Shown: positions 8,850 to 17,113 of the stretch, piece after piece
How positions within the stretch are numbered: position 1 is the first letter of the stretch
Layout: each line of letters begins with the position of its first letter
IMG/VR virus record: IMGVR_UViG_3300036833_000118
Coordinates: 1-27,784 of that record
Source of the DNA: a virus
Lineage: Duplodnaviria; Caudoviricetes
DNA length: 27,784 nucleotides
Direction: 5' to 3' (one strand)
Translations under genes and position numbers: made by a program
The notes under the pieces: model-generated
Databases searched by the model: none
Told to the model about the DNA's origin: nothing
What the model saw: the letters and a program-made list of their open reading frames with translations, nothing else

Positions 8850-8900
8850 CTATCGGCGGCTACGACGGCGCCGGCTACGCCTTCCGCGACGTTTGGCCAT
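8850..8900 (-). CDS. 16-aa protamine-like peptide MAKRRGRRSRRRRSRR
   Basis: 10 Arg + 1 Lys. SD GGGAG about 9 nt upstream; first ORF after the nozzle gene. Confidence 0.65.
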   Translation of the reverse strand: MAKRRGRRSRRRRSRR

Positions 8901-8963
8901 TTGCTCTTCTCCCATTTCTGGTGTGAGGCTAAGTTGTTACGCGCGGGCAGCGTACTCCTTTTG

Positions 8964-10589
8964 TCAAGCCCCGAAAAGCGTCCTTTGCTCGCCGCCGACG
9001 TGAAGCCTCTCGATCGTGAAATCCGGGGACAGGCTGGTGAGGTCGATCGCGGCTGCAATACCGCCGCCCTCGATCGGCTGCGGCAGAATGTCGGAAATCT
9101 TGCCGTCGGTTAGCTCGAAGCCGACGTCCTGCACGCCGGCCGGCACGCCGCCTCCGCTCGTCGTCACGGTGCCGGTGATGCCGACGCCCCTCCCGAAATT
9201 GTCGGTCAGTTCCAGATACAAGCGCTTGAAATTCTTGATGGTGAGCATTGCGGTCCCGGAGCCGCGCAGCGCCTTGGTCGAGAGCCGCTTCGGCAGTTGG
9301 TTGTCCGGCTGCGCAAAGAGTTGGTAGAGCGAGGTGCCGTCGGTCCCGTAGGGTATGAGGGTGCTGTCCTGCTCGTAGTGCGCAATCTGGGTCAGTTCGA
9401 GGTTCTGGCTGGCGACGGACCAGAACTGGTTTCCCTGTGTCGGGTGCCACATCAGCAGCAGGTTTCGCGTCACGCCAAACGGGTCCTTGAAGCGCCCGTT
9501 GCAGAGCAGCACGCGGAAGCCGAACATGGTTGCGGTGCACATCGTCGGCAGATAAAGCGACGTGTCCAGCGTGTTGTAGATGTTGGTGACCTTGCCGCCA
9601 ATCTCCTGCGCGTCGCCGCCCTGCATCAGATAGATGCCGGCGCCATTGTACATCGTCATGTAACGGCCGATGCGACCGACCGGACGCGGGAAGCGGTGGC
9701 CGACTTGCGGATCAATGTTGGCGTAGTTGAAGTTCGTGACGTAGGGCGATCCGGTGGCGCCTGTGCCGGACAGTTGGATGTTGCTGATCAGGTCGGTCGA
9801 ACTGTCGCCGAACACGAACAGGTAGCCGGCCGACGCCGCCATGTCCATGAAACTGTAAGTCAGCTTGTCGCCGAAGTAGCCGAACGATCCGCCGCCGTTC
9901 GTGGTCGAAAAGTCGGCCCCGTTCGAGGGCGCCGAGAAGCTGACGACATCCTTGCCGGCAACGAACAGCCGCTCCTGATAAACCTCCATGGTGTAGATGC
10001 CGGGCAAGCCAGTCGGCATGACAGTCACCGGGGGAGGCGGAGTGATCTCGGCCGCATCGGTCAGCCAGTCCGGCGCGGTCTGTCCGGGCGAGGTCAGCAC
10101 CTGACCGTCCCATGCGTAGAGCCCTTTTGGCGAACCGAACAGCACGCCGCCGCTCTGGCCTTGCACACTGCCGAAGAAGCGCGGGCGCCAGACCTTGGCG
10201 CAGCCCCAGTATTGCGGCGCGATCGGCTCCCAGATCACGCCGATCCGCGTGACCGTCTTGAGGTCGAGATCGACTTGGTCGATGTTGCCGTCGGATAGAA
10301 ACATCCAGCCCAGACGCCCGCCGTTAGCGGGGCCGGGTGCAGCAAACTGCGGAGTGGGATACCCGATGAACCCGAGGAAGATACGTAGGATCGTAGTGCC
10401 CGCTGGAGCGGTGTAGATCGCCGGGCCATGGCCCCAGCAGGAGCGCAGGTTTCCGGGTCCGATGGCGAACAGGTTCTCATTCCACCATTCTTGTTGATCA
10501 TCTATAGTGCCCCGTGTAGCCTGTTGGTTCAAACCCCTAAATTGATCCAGCGTAAAAATTTCCGGAGGATTTGCGCTTTGTATAGGCAT
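8964..10589 (-). CDS. Putative tail nozzle / packaged-DNA stabilisation protein (P22 gp10 / T7 gp12 analogue)
   Basis: 541 aa, beta-rich repeats (ERLFVAG, YLFVFG), N-terminal FRGLN motif, located downstream of the adaptor. Confidence 0.7.
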   Translation of the reverse strand: MPIQSANPPEIFTLDQFRGLNQQATRGTIDDQQEWWNENLFAIGPGNLRSCWGHGPAIYTAPAGTTILRIFLGFIGYPTPQFAAPGPANGGRLGWMFLSDGNIDQVDLDLKTVTRIGVIWEPIAPQYWGCAKVWRPRFFGSVQGQSGGVLFGSPKGLYAWDGQVLTSPGQTAPDWLTDAAEITPPPPVTVMPTGLPGIYTMEVYQERLFVAGKDVVSFSAPSNGADFSTTNGGGSFGYFGDKLTYSFMDMAASAGYLFVFGDSSTDLISNIQLSGTGATGSPYVTNFNYANIDPQVGHRFPRPVGRIGRYMTMYNGAGIYLMQGGDAQEIGGKVTNIYNTLDTSLYLPTMCTATMFGFRVLLCNGRFKDPFGVTRNLLLMWHPTQGNQFWSVASQNLELTQIAHYEQDSTLIPYGTDGTSLYQLFAQPDNQLPKRLSTKALRGSGTAMLTIKNFKRLYLELTDNFGRGVGITGTVTTSGGGVPAGVQDVGFELTDGKISDILPQPIEGGGIAAAIDLTSLSPDFTIERLHVGGEQRTLFGA

Positions 10590-11069
10590 GATCTGACCGC
10601 CGCCGACGTTCGTTCACTTCTCGATTATAACCCTAACACAGGCGCGTTGACTTGGCGCGCTACCAAAAGCGGCCGTCGCCGCAAGGTCGCTGGAACGACT
10701 GGAGAATGGGGTAACCACGGGAAGCGCCGCCGCACTATCACCATCGATTATGTAATCTACAAGGCTCACCGGATCATCTGGCTTTGGATGACTGGCAAAT
10801 GGCCGACGCGCACGATTGACCACGTCAATCGCAATGCGCTCGATAATCGCTGGAAGAATTTGCGGCTTGCTACACCGTTGCTCCAAGTCACAAATCGAGA
10901 CATGCTCAGAAACAACAAAAGCGGCACGACCGGCGTTTTCTTTGATAAGTCCAAAAAGACAAATCCGTGGCGTGTTGAGGTGCGCAATACCTACGTCGGA
11001 GTGTTTCCCACCAAAGAGGCAGCCCGCAAGATCGCTAAACGTCATTTTCTTCCCAAGGAAAAATCCTAA
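10578..11069 (+). CDS. HNH homing endonuclease with AP2-like C-terminal domain
   Basis: LLDYNPNTG...YKAHRIIW...IDHVNRNALDNRWKNLRLAT...NNKSGTTGV. TTG start 8 nt after GGAGGA (10564-10569). Confidence 0.88.
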   Translation: MYRHDLTAADVRSLLDYNPNTGALTWRATKSGRRRKVAGTTGEWGNHGKRRRTITIDYVIYKAHRIIWLWMTGKWPTRTIDHVNRNALDNRWKNLRLATPLLQVTNRDMLRNNKSGTTGVFFDKSKKTNPWRVEVRNTYVGVFPTKEAARKIAKRHFLPKEKS

Positions 11070-11557
11070 GTGTCAAGTAAAATGCTTGACACTAATTTGT
11101 CGTATGCGCGTTGGACCTGCGCAAGCATCTGACCGCCGCCCTGTTCCTCCAGATTGGCGATCTCGATCAGCAGCAGATCGAACATATCCTCTCCCGAAAG
11201 CGGCATGATGGTCTTCATGTCGAGGCGGTTCACGACGCGATAGGGCGGCCCGTCCTTGACCGCCTCAACCAGCGCCGAGGGACGATTGCAAGAGGAGAAG
11301 ATGAACGCCAGCCGCTCCGCGAGCGGGCCGATCAATTCAATGATCTCAACACGGTCGGTGAACGGCACGGCTTGGTGGCGAAAGATGTTGGTGCCGTAGA
11401 TGGAATGAAACAGCCCCGCCAAGCAGACGTATTCGGGGGCCTTGCGCTGTTTCAGCAGAGCGTAGGTGCCGACAAGATGGTCGAACAGCGTCCGGCCGGA
11501 ATGCTTGACGCCGCCGGTGCGCGCGCGGAGGAATGTTTCGATCTTTTCATCCAGCAT
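11066..11557 (-). CDS. DUF6817-like (HD-related) protein
   Basis: HSGRTLFDHLVGT...LAGLFHSIYGT...IGPLAERLAFIF signature. Confidence 0.78.
   Translation of the reverse strand: MLDEKIETFLRARTGGVKHSGRTLFDHLVGTYALLKQRKAPEYVCLAGLFHSIYGTNIFRHQAVPFTDRVEIIELIGPLAERLAFIFSSCNRPSALVEAVKDGPPYRVVNRLDMKTIMPLSGEDMFDLLLIEIANLEEQGGGQMLAQVQRAYDKLVSSILLDT
11069..11093. other. Inverted repeat at the convergent HNH/DUF6817 junction
   Basis: agtgtcaag-taaaatg-cttgacact, a perfect 9-bp stem. Confidence 0.6.
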
Positions 11558-12128
11558 CGGGCGTGTCCGTCTTGAACATCAGCGTGACGCGCAGCACCGG
11601 GCAGGTTCGCGAGACCCCGCGCGCCACATGCGGGATCGTGCCGTCAAACATCAGCATCCGGTTCGGGTGCGGATAGACGCTGGCGACAATATCGGTTTTG
11701 CCTTGGTTGAAGAAGACGGTTTCACCGCCCCAGTCAGGATGCCATCGCTGGTGCGGATAGTAGATGGTCGTATAGGTGCCCGGCAGCGTGCTGTCGGTGT
11801 GCAGCGTGCCGTCGCTGCCATAGGCGGCGCCATTGGCGTAGCAGCGGATCAGGCGATGACCCGGCAGCAGATGCTCCGCAAGGTGACGCCAGAAGGCGAG
11901 GATGATCGGAACCGCCGCTAGCTCGTGCTCGCAGTCGTAGGCGTCATGCTCCGCAGTGCCGGGCCGGTAGCCGCCGAAATGTCGGTGCCAGAATGCAAAG
12001 CTGTCGGTCTTGTCCTGCGATTTCCAGCCAAATGCCCAGCCGCCGGCATGCAGGAAATTGTTGACCGCCCGACGTTGTTCGTCCGGCAGCACGTCATTGT
12101 GGATGCGATAGACGAGTTCATCCGCCAT
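11547..12128 (-). CDS. 2OG-Fe(II) oxygenase, prolyl-4-hydroxylase-like
   Basis: HTD (HxD), WGGET, PNRMLMFDGTIPH, distal R (LRVTLMFK). Likely start MADELV at 12128. Confidence 0.88.
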   Translation of the reverse strand: MADELVYRIHNDVLPDEQRRAVNNFLHAGGWAFGWKSQDKTDSFAFWHRHFGGYRPGTAEHDAYDCEHELAAVPIILAFWRHLAEHLLPGHRLIRCYANGAAYGSDGTLHTDSTLPGTYTTIYYPHQRWHPDWGGETVFFNQGKTDIVASVYPHPNRMLMFDGTIPHVARGVSRTCPVLRVTLMFKTDTPDAG

Positions 12129-12966
12129 CGCCGCCGCCGCCGCCGTCGCCGCCGCCGCCGTCGCCACCGCCGGTGCCGTCGCCGCCGGTGCCATCGCCGC
12201 CGGTGCCGTCGGCACCATCGGTACCGTCGGTGGCGCCATCTTCACCTTCTGTCCCATCTTCGCCTACGACGCCATCGAAGCCGACCGTCGAGGGGCCGAC
12301 GGGAGCGCCCATGGGGCCACTAAATCCCACCCCCGAGAGCCCCGGGCCGAATGCCCCTTCCGGGGCTCCAAACGCGCTCGGGGCCGGACCAACCACTCCG
12401 CTTTCAGGTGCCCCGAAAGTGGCAGGTCCCGGTCCACCGAAGGGGCCGCCGCCATCACTCGGGGCGCCGCCACCGCCACCGCCACCGCCACCACCGCCGC
12501 CGCCGCCACCACCGCCGCCGCCGCCACCACCGCCGCCGTCCGTGCCGCCGCCTGTGCCGCCGCCTGTGCCGCCATCCGTACCTGCACCACCGCCAAAGCC
12601 ATCACCGCCAAAACCACCGCCAAAGCCATCACCGCCGCCAACGCCGCCAAAGCCGCCGCCCGCGCTGTTAAACTTTCCGCCGCCGCCATAGGGATACCCA
12701 GCACCGCCGCCGGCCAGTTGGGCGAGAGACGGCGAGAAGCTTGCTTGGAACTGGGGTTGCAACTGGGGCTGGGGCGCGAACTGAGGTGGTTGGAAACCTC
12801 CGCCACCCCTACCAAGAGCCCACTGATCCGGAGACTGGGGTTGAGGCTGGGGTTGGTACTGGGGTTGAGGCTGCGGCTGAAACTGGGGTTGCATCGCAGG
12901 CTGACTTGCCGGAAGAACCCCGCCGCCCCTACCAAACGCCCGCTGATACATGGGTGGAAGTGGCAT
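12118..12966 (-). CDS. Gly-rich low-complexity protein (PQ repeats, poly-Gly, GP/FG block, GGD tail)
   Basis: SD AGGAG; ATG 1 nt after the adaptor stop; 282 aa. Confidence 0.65.
   Translation of the reverse strand: MPLPPMYQRAFGRGGGVLPASQPAMQPQFQPQPQPQYQPQPQPQSPDQWALGRGGGGFQPPQFAPQPQLQPQFQASFSPSLAQLAGGGAGYPYGGGGKFNSAGGGFGGVGGGDGFGGGFGGDGFGGGAGTDGGTGGGTGGGTDGGGGGGGGGGGGGGGGGGGGGGGGAPSDGGGPFGGPGPATFGAPESGVVGPAPSAFGAPEGAFGPGLSGVGFSGPMGAPVGPSTVGFDGVVGEDGTEGEDGATDGTDGADGTGGDGTGGDGTGGGDGGGGDGGGGGDGG
12466..12537 (-). repeat. GGC/GGT trinucleotide run encoding 24 consecutive Gly
   Basis: (gcc/acc)x24 on the + strand. Confidence 0.9.
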
Positions 12967-12967
12967 G

Positions 12968-13660
12968 TCACGCACTCCTGAGTGTTGCGCCATATGCGTT
13001 CGCGATGAACTGCGGACAGACGGCGGCAGCGCACATCGGCAGTTCGGTGTTGAAGAGTTGTGCCATCGCCTGCGCGTCCTCCCGACGCTGTTGCTGTAGC
13101 AGGCACAGCACCGCCGACCAGTAGGCGATCGCGTCGTTCCACGGATAGGGGATCGGCTCCGGGTCGTTGTCGGTGAGCAGCGGGAACGGGATGCATGTGA
13201 GATCGACATCCATCGGCATTTCCATCGACGGGATCGGCGCGAGATAGAGCTTGCCGATCGGGCCGTCGTTCAACTGCGCGTACCAACCCGGCTCGCTGAT
13301 CGCACCGTAGAAGGTGCCGTTGTAGATGCGGAAGCGCGCCTGAAAATCGGTCCACACGACGCGGCGCCACATCGGCTTCCAGCCGCCTTTGCCGATCGCG
13401 ATCGCGAGCGAGCGGCAGGACAGGATCGACTGCACGCCGGTCATCTCCTGCTGCACGAGGGCATTCCAGTCGGAGAACGGATAAATCTCCTGACCCGGCT
13501 TAGTCATGGTTCCGGGAGGGACGACGCGGAGGCACCCGCTGGAAGCTGCCACCCTTCGGCGAGCGCGATTGATGTAGCTGGTCAGGGTTGGCAGGCTGAA
13601 GAACTGCCCCTGCGGATCGTTCAGGAAATTCTGCGTCTCCGTGATGTATCGAGACAGCAT
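12968..13660 (-). CDS. Putative head-tail adaptor protein
   Basis: MLSRYITETQNFLNDP...LTSYINRARRRVA...LYLAPIPS...DPEPIPYPWNDAIAY is a typical podophage adaptor pattern. Confidence 0.72.
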   Translation of the reverse strand: MLSRYITETQNFLNDPQGQFFSLPTLTSYINRARRRVAASSGCLRVVPPGTMTKPGQEIYPFSDWNALVQQEMTGVQSILSCRSLAIAIGKGGWKPMWRRVVWTDFQARFRIYNGTFYGAISEPGWYAQLNDGPIGKLYLAPIPSMEMPMDVDLTCIPFPLLTDNDPEPIPYPWNDAIAYWSAVLCLLQQQRREDAQAMAQLFNTELPMCAAAVCPQFIANAYGATLRSA

Positions 13661-14543
13661 TGCCGTTGCCTTTCGCACCCAGCAGTGTTCCTCCGGGAGC
13701 ATGTGGACCCCAACCGTTCAGTACGATGGGCGGCGTCGTCACGATCATATTCGGTGGTGGCGGCGTTGTCTGTACGCTCACGGGCGGGTTGGGGAACGTG
13801 GTGGAGAAGCCGGGGAACACGATCGGATGGCTGCCGCCGATCACGGGCTGCGTAATCCCGGCCACGGATGGCGGGACCGCAGCGGCGGCGACGGCGGGTC
13901 CGACCAAAGGTCCAACCGGCACCGGGACGGGTGTGTGGCCGCCCGTCGCGGGCGGGAAGACCGGCGGCGGCGGCAGCCCGAATGTCGGCGGCGGGACAAT
14001 CGGCGTGAAGGCCGGGAACACGGCGGTGCTCCCTGCCCAGTAGGTGAAGAACTCGGCCCCGGATACGCCCGTACCGTCCGGCGTGGTGACGCTCACGGTT
14101 ACCGGACCCAGAGCGTGAGCCGGCGCCGTCGCCGTGATCGAGGTGTCGCTGACCACAACCACGTTGGTCGCCGGCTGGCCGCCGAACTGAACGGCAGTCG
14201 CGCCAGTAAAGCTGAGGCCGTGGATGGTCGAGCTAGTGCCGCCGGCCGGCGGACCACGGTTCGGACTGATGCTGCTGACAACCGGCACTCCCAGATAGGT
14301 GAAGCCCGCTGCCAGCGTGCCGGCTCCGGTCGGCGCCGTGACAACGACATCGGCCGCGCCTGCGGCGTGTGCCGGCGTGTTTGCAGTGATCGAGGTGTCG
14401 CTGACATCGACTATGTTGGTGGCGGCAATGCCGCCAAACGTTACGGCTGTTGCGCCAGTGAAGCCGGTGCCGGTGATGGTCACTGGCGTTCCACCAGCAA
14501 TCGGACCCGTGTTCGGAGCGAGGCTGGTGACAACCGCTGCCAT
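13500..14543 (-). CDS. Virion decoration protein with two IPT/TIG Ig-like domains and a Pro-rich tail
   Basis: Two VTSL/ISPNxGPxAGGT..TIxGxxFTGATAVxFGG...VSDTSITA repeats; SD GGAGG. Confidence 0.88.
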   Translation of the reverse strand: MAAVVTSLAPNTGPIAGGTPVTITGTGFTGATAVTFGGIAATNIVDVSDTSITANTPAHAAGAADVVVTAPTGAGTLAAGFTYLGVPVVSSISPNRGPPAGGTSSTIHGLSFTGATAVQFGGQPATNVVVVSDTSITATAPAHALGPVTVSVTTPDGTGVSGAEFFTYWAGSTAVFPAFTPIVPPPTFGLPPPPVFPPATGGHTPVPVPVGPLVGPAVAAAAVPPSVAGITQPVIGGSHPIVFPGFSTTFPNPPVSVQTTPPPPNMIVTTPPIVLNGWGPHAPGGTLLGAKGNGNAVSIHHGDAEFPERSAGAVLQPANPDQLHQSRSPKGGSFQRVPPRRPSRNHD

Positions 14544-14807
14544 TTACCGCCTCCAGATGGGCTGCACCTGCGGCGGGCATGGTAGCGGCTGCGCACAGGG
14601 ATTTCCGATCAGGCCGGTGCCCGGTGCGCGGGTCTCGCTCTCGTAGCGCCACGGCAGACGCGGCAACGGAAACTGACCCTGCCACCATGGCGGAACGCAA
14701 CTGTTCTGCCACGAATAGGGCGGGTCAAGGTTCTGCGAGCACGGGATGACGTAGTGCGGCCACTGCGGCGGACAGGCGATGGGTCTGGCGAAAGGCGGTC
14801 CCCACAT
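14544..14807 (-). CDS. Pro/Trp/Cys-rich small protein
   Basis: SD GAGGTG; fills the capsid-IPT gap; stop abuts the next ATG. Confidence 0.65.
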   Translation of the reverse strand: MWGPPFARPIACPPQWPHYVIPCSQNLDPPYSWQNSCVPPWWQGQFPLPRLPWRYESETRAPGTGLIGNPCAQPLPCPPQVQPIWRR

Positions 14808-14816
14808 GTGTCACCT

Positions 14817-15845
14817 CTACGGAGCCGGCGCGGCCGGGAAGCCCGGTGCACCACCCGTGATCCCGCTCAGAATGACCCCGGTCGATGGCTTCGAGCATAC
14901 GAGGTTCAGCGCGGTGAGCGTCAGACCGACGCTGGCGATCTGGCCTTGCGGAATGGTCGAGTACCAGCCGGTCCACGCGAAGTTGGCGTCCTCGTGAATG
15001 ACCAGCGTGATGTACTTGCTGTTGAAACCGAACGCAGTGCCGACCGGACAGTTGAGATCGAAGAAGATCGGGGTGTCACCCAATAGAAGCCCACGGAAAC
15101 CGGAATTGACCGGATCGTCCTTGCCCCAGCGCGAGGAGGGATCGTTGTTGTAGCGTTCTACCGACATGAAGTCGGTGAGCAGTGTCGTCCAGTCCTCGAC
15201 GCTCGTCACCACGAAATCGAGCGCCTCGCCGCCCGAGTGTTTCACCGCCTTGAGCAGCGCCGGGATGAACGTTGCTCGGGTGAGGATGGCGCCTGCGGCC
15301 GGCACGCTGAGCCCGGCCCATGCCGGATAGGTGGCGCGATCGAGGCCGCCATAGACGCCGGTGGCGCCATAGGCGTCGTTGAGCGAGAACATTTGCAGGA
15401 CGTTCGTGGTAGCAGGTCCGAACAGTGCCCCGGCGAGCGATGCCAACGCCGAGTTCTTCATGTCGTTCAGCTTGAGCATCAGCCGCGAGGCCACCGCGAT
15501 GGCGTCCTGCGTGACCAGTTGCTCAAGGCCAAGCGAAGTCACTGGCGTTGCCAGCGCACACATGTTGAACTCGGCGTTGACGGTTGCCGCTACATCTGCG
15601 GGTAGGTTGAATTGCCCAGCCGGGCCGATCCAAGAACTCGTTACATATTGCCCGGTCTGCACCGGCTGGGTGTAGGGCGATACGCCGCCCGAGGCGCGGA
15701 TGGCATTTCTGAGGAGTAGCGCCAGCAGCGGGTTCTGCCGATAGAGCAGCACGACCACCATTTGAGAGAACACGCGACGCACGGTCGCTTGCAATTCGAG
15801 GCCTATCGGGCCACTCGGAATTAAGCCGGTGCCGAGGACGGGCAT
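14817..15845 (-). CDS. Major capsid protein
   Basis: 342 aa following the scaffold; strong SD AGGAG; YGGLDRATYPAW and GFRGL...TPIFFD motifs seen in podophage capsids. Confidence 0.85.
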   Translation of the reverse strand: MPVLGTGLIPSGPIGLELQATVRRVFSQMVVVLLYRQNPLLALLLRNAIRASGGVSPYTQPVQTGQYVTSSWIGPAGQFNLPADVAATVNAEFNMCALATPVTSLGLEQLVTQDAIAVASRLMLKLNDMKNSALASLAGALFGPATTNVLQMFSLNDAYGATGVYGGLDRATYPAWAGLSVPAAGAILTRATFIPALLKAVKHSGGEALDFVVTSVEDWTTLLTDFMSVERYNNDPSSRWGKDDPVNSGFRGLLLGDTPIFFDLNCPVGTAFGFNSKYITLVIHEDANFAWTGWYSTIPQGQIASVGLTLTALNLVCSKPSTGVILSGITGGAPGFPAAPAP

Positions 15846-15862
15846 GTGTCAAGTCTCCTGCT

Positions 15863-16402
15863 TTACCTGTTTCGCTCCCGCTCCTCGTCGGTGCGGATCG
15901 CTTTCATGATCTCGTTCCGCCCCCACGCCTCCGGGTCTTTGGCGATCTCGCCAAAGCCGGCCTGCTTCTCGTGGTGCCAGTAACCGCCGTCGAAGGTCGC
16001 ATCCGTCGGTTTCGGCTCCTTGCTCGACAACAACATCGCGGCGGCTTCATAGTCGCCGATGTTGCGATCGATCATCAACTTCTCAAGCCGCCCCATCGCA
16101 TCGTCGGTGAAGCCGTGCTTGTCCTGCGTGGCCTTGCGGATTTTCTTGAAACGCGCATCCTCTTCCGCGCGCAGCCGCCGCTCCTCGGCTGCCTCGCGTT
16201 CCTGTTTTTCCCTGTTGAGGCGATCCTCGACGCGGTTCTCGATGTCATAGTCGGGGATTTGCAGCGTCGGATATTTCTTCTTGATAAGCGACTTGGCTTC
16301 GCGGTTGAGCGCCGGATCGTTATAAATGCTCTCGACGAAATCGGCCACTTGGCGCCGCGCCTGCAGAAAGTTGAACTCTTCATCGCTTAGCTGTCTAGGC
16401 AT
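15863..16402 (-). CDS. Putative capsid scaffolding protein
   Basis: Charged coiled-coil protein directly upstream of the capsid gene. Confidence 0.65.
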   Translation of the reverse strand: MPRQLSDEEFNFLQARRQVADFVESIYNDPALNREAKSLIKKKYPTLQIPDYDIENRVEDRLNREKQEREAAEERRLRAEEDARFKKIRKATQDKHGFTDDAMGRLEKLMIDRNIGDYEAAAMLLSSKEPKPTDATFDGGYWHHEKQAGFGEIAKDPEAWGRNEIMKAIRTDEERERNR

Positions 16403-16414
16403 GGTCTTTACACC

Positions 16415-16600
16415 CTAGCTGTTGTTGTTCTTCCCGCCTATGGAGCCTTGCAGGGGCACGCCACCTTCAGGTTTCGGAACCACCTTCGGTATGGCGCCCC
16501 ACTCGGAGATTTCGCTCTGAGTATCCACCTGAAGGACCGTCCTTGGAGGCGTCTCAGGCGGCGAAGTGATCGGCGGATCGTAAGACCTGTTTTGAGCCAT
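16415..16600 (-). CDS. Small hypothetical head-module protein
   Basis: SD AAGGAG; 61 aa. Confidence 0.7.
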   Translation of the reverse strand: MAQNRSYDPPITSPPETPPRTVLQVDTQSEISEWGAIPKVVPKPEGGVPLQGSIGGKNNNS

Positions 16601-16630
16601 GTGTAAATCTCCTTACTTGACATCCATTTT

Positions 16631-17113
16631 TCACGCCCCGGGCAAAGGTGTTGAGGGCGATGGCGCCTGATCGCCGGGCGGCTGCGGGCCGCCACCGGTA
16701 TCCGGTGTTGACGGCGGGCCGCCCTGTCCGCCGCGCTGCGACATGAGTTTCTGCATCAGCGCATTGCGCATGGTCGAGCGCAGCAGGTCCATCAGTTGGG
16801 TTTGCTGTGCGCCGGCTGTCGGGGCGCCTTGCGGCAGATGCTTCGACAGGCGGCCGATGGCGTTGACACAGTCACGATGCTGCTGGCTGCCGGTCGCCAG
16901 ATTGGGCAGACAGGATTGCAGCATATCGACCGCTGTTTTCATCTGCATGATGCCCTGCGCCATGTTGCCGGGGCCGGGCGCCGAGACCTGCGGCGACATG
17001 CGGCTGCGCATCAGGCCGGCGAGGACTGGGCCGCCACCGGGCTGGCCACCTGCTCCGCCGCCGCCTGCACCGGGCGGGGGTGATGTCTGAGGATCGGTGT
17101 CCGTCATGGACAT
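16631..17113 (-). CDS. Hypothetical G/P/Q-rich head-module protein
   Basis: Helical core flanked by G/P-rich ends; between portal and scaffold. Confidence 0.7.
   Translation of the reverse strand: MSMTDTDPQTSPPPGAGGGGAGGQPGGGPVLAGLMRSRMSPQVSAPGPGNMAQGIMQMKTAVDMLQSCLPNLATGSQQHRDCVNAIGRLSKHLPQGAPTAGAQQTQLMDLLRSTMRNALMQKLMSQRGGQGGPPSTPDTGGGPQPPGDQAPSPSTPLPGA

Noticed and set aside
8448-9058. Track ORFs 8448..8846, 8771..9058 and 8270..8575 as full-length genes
   Set aside because: Upstream extensions overlap other SD-supported micro-ORFs; only the basic C-terminal parts tile the region.
12129-12257. Ala/Pro-rich N-terminal extension of the 2OG oxygenase
   Set aside because: Alternative-frame reading of the GGD repeats of the upstream gene; the start at 12128 is preferred, though not proven.
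12173-12691. Plus-strand poly-proline ORF
   Set aside because: Antisense shadow of the poly-Gly gene; no supporting SD or operon context.
12967-13209. N-terminal extension of the Gly-rich ORF to 13209
   Set aside because: Lies inside the adaptor gene; a good SD and ATG exist at 12966.
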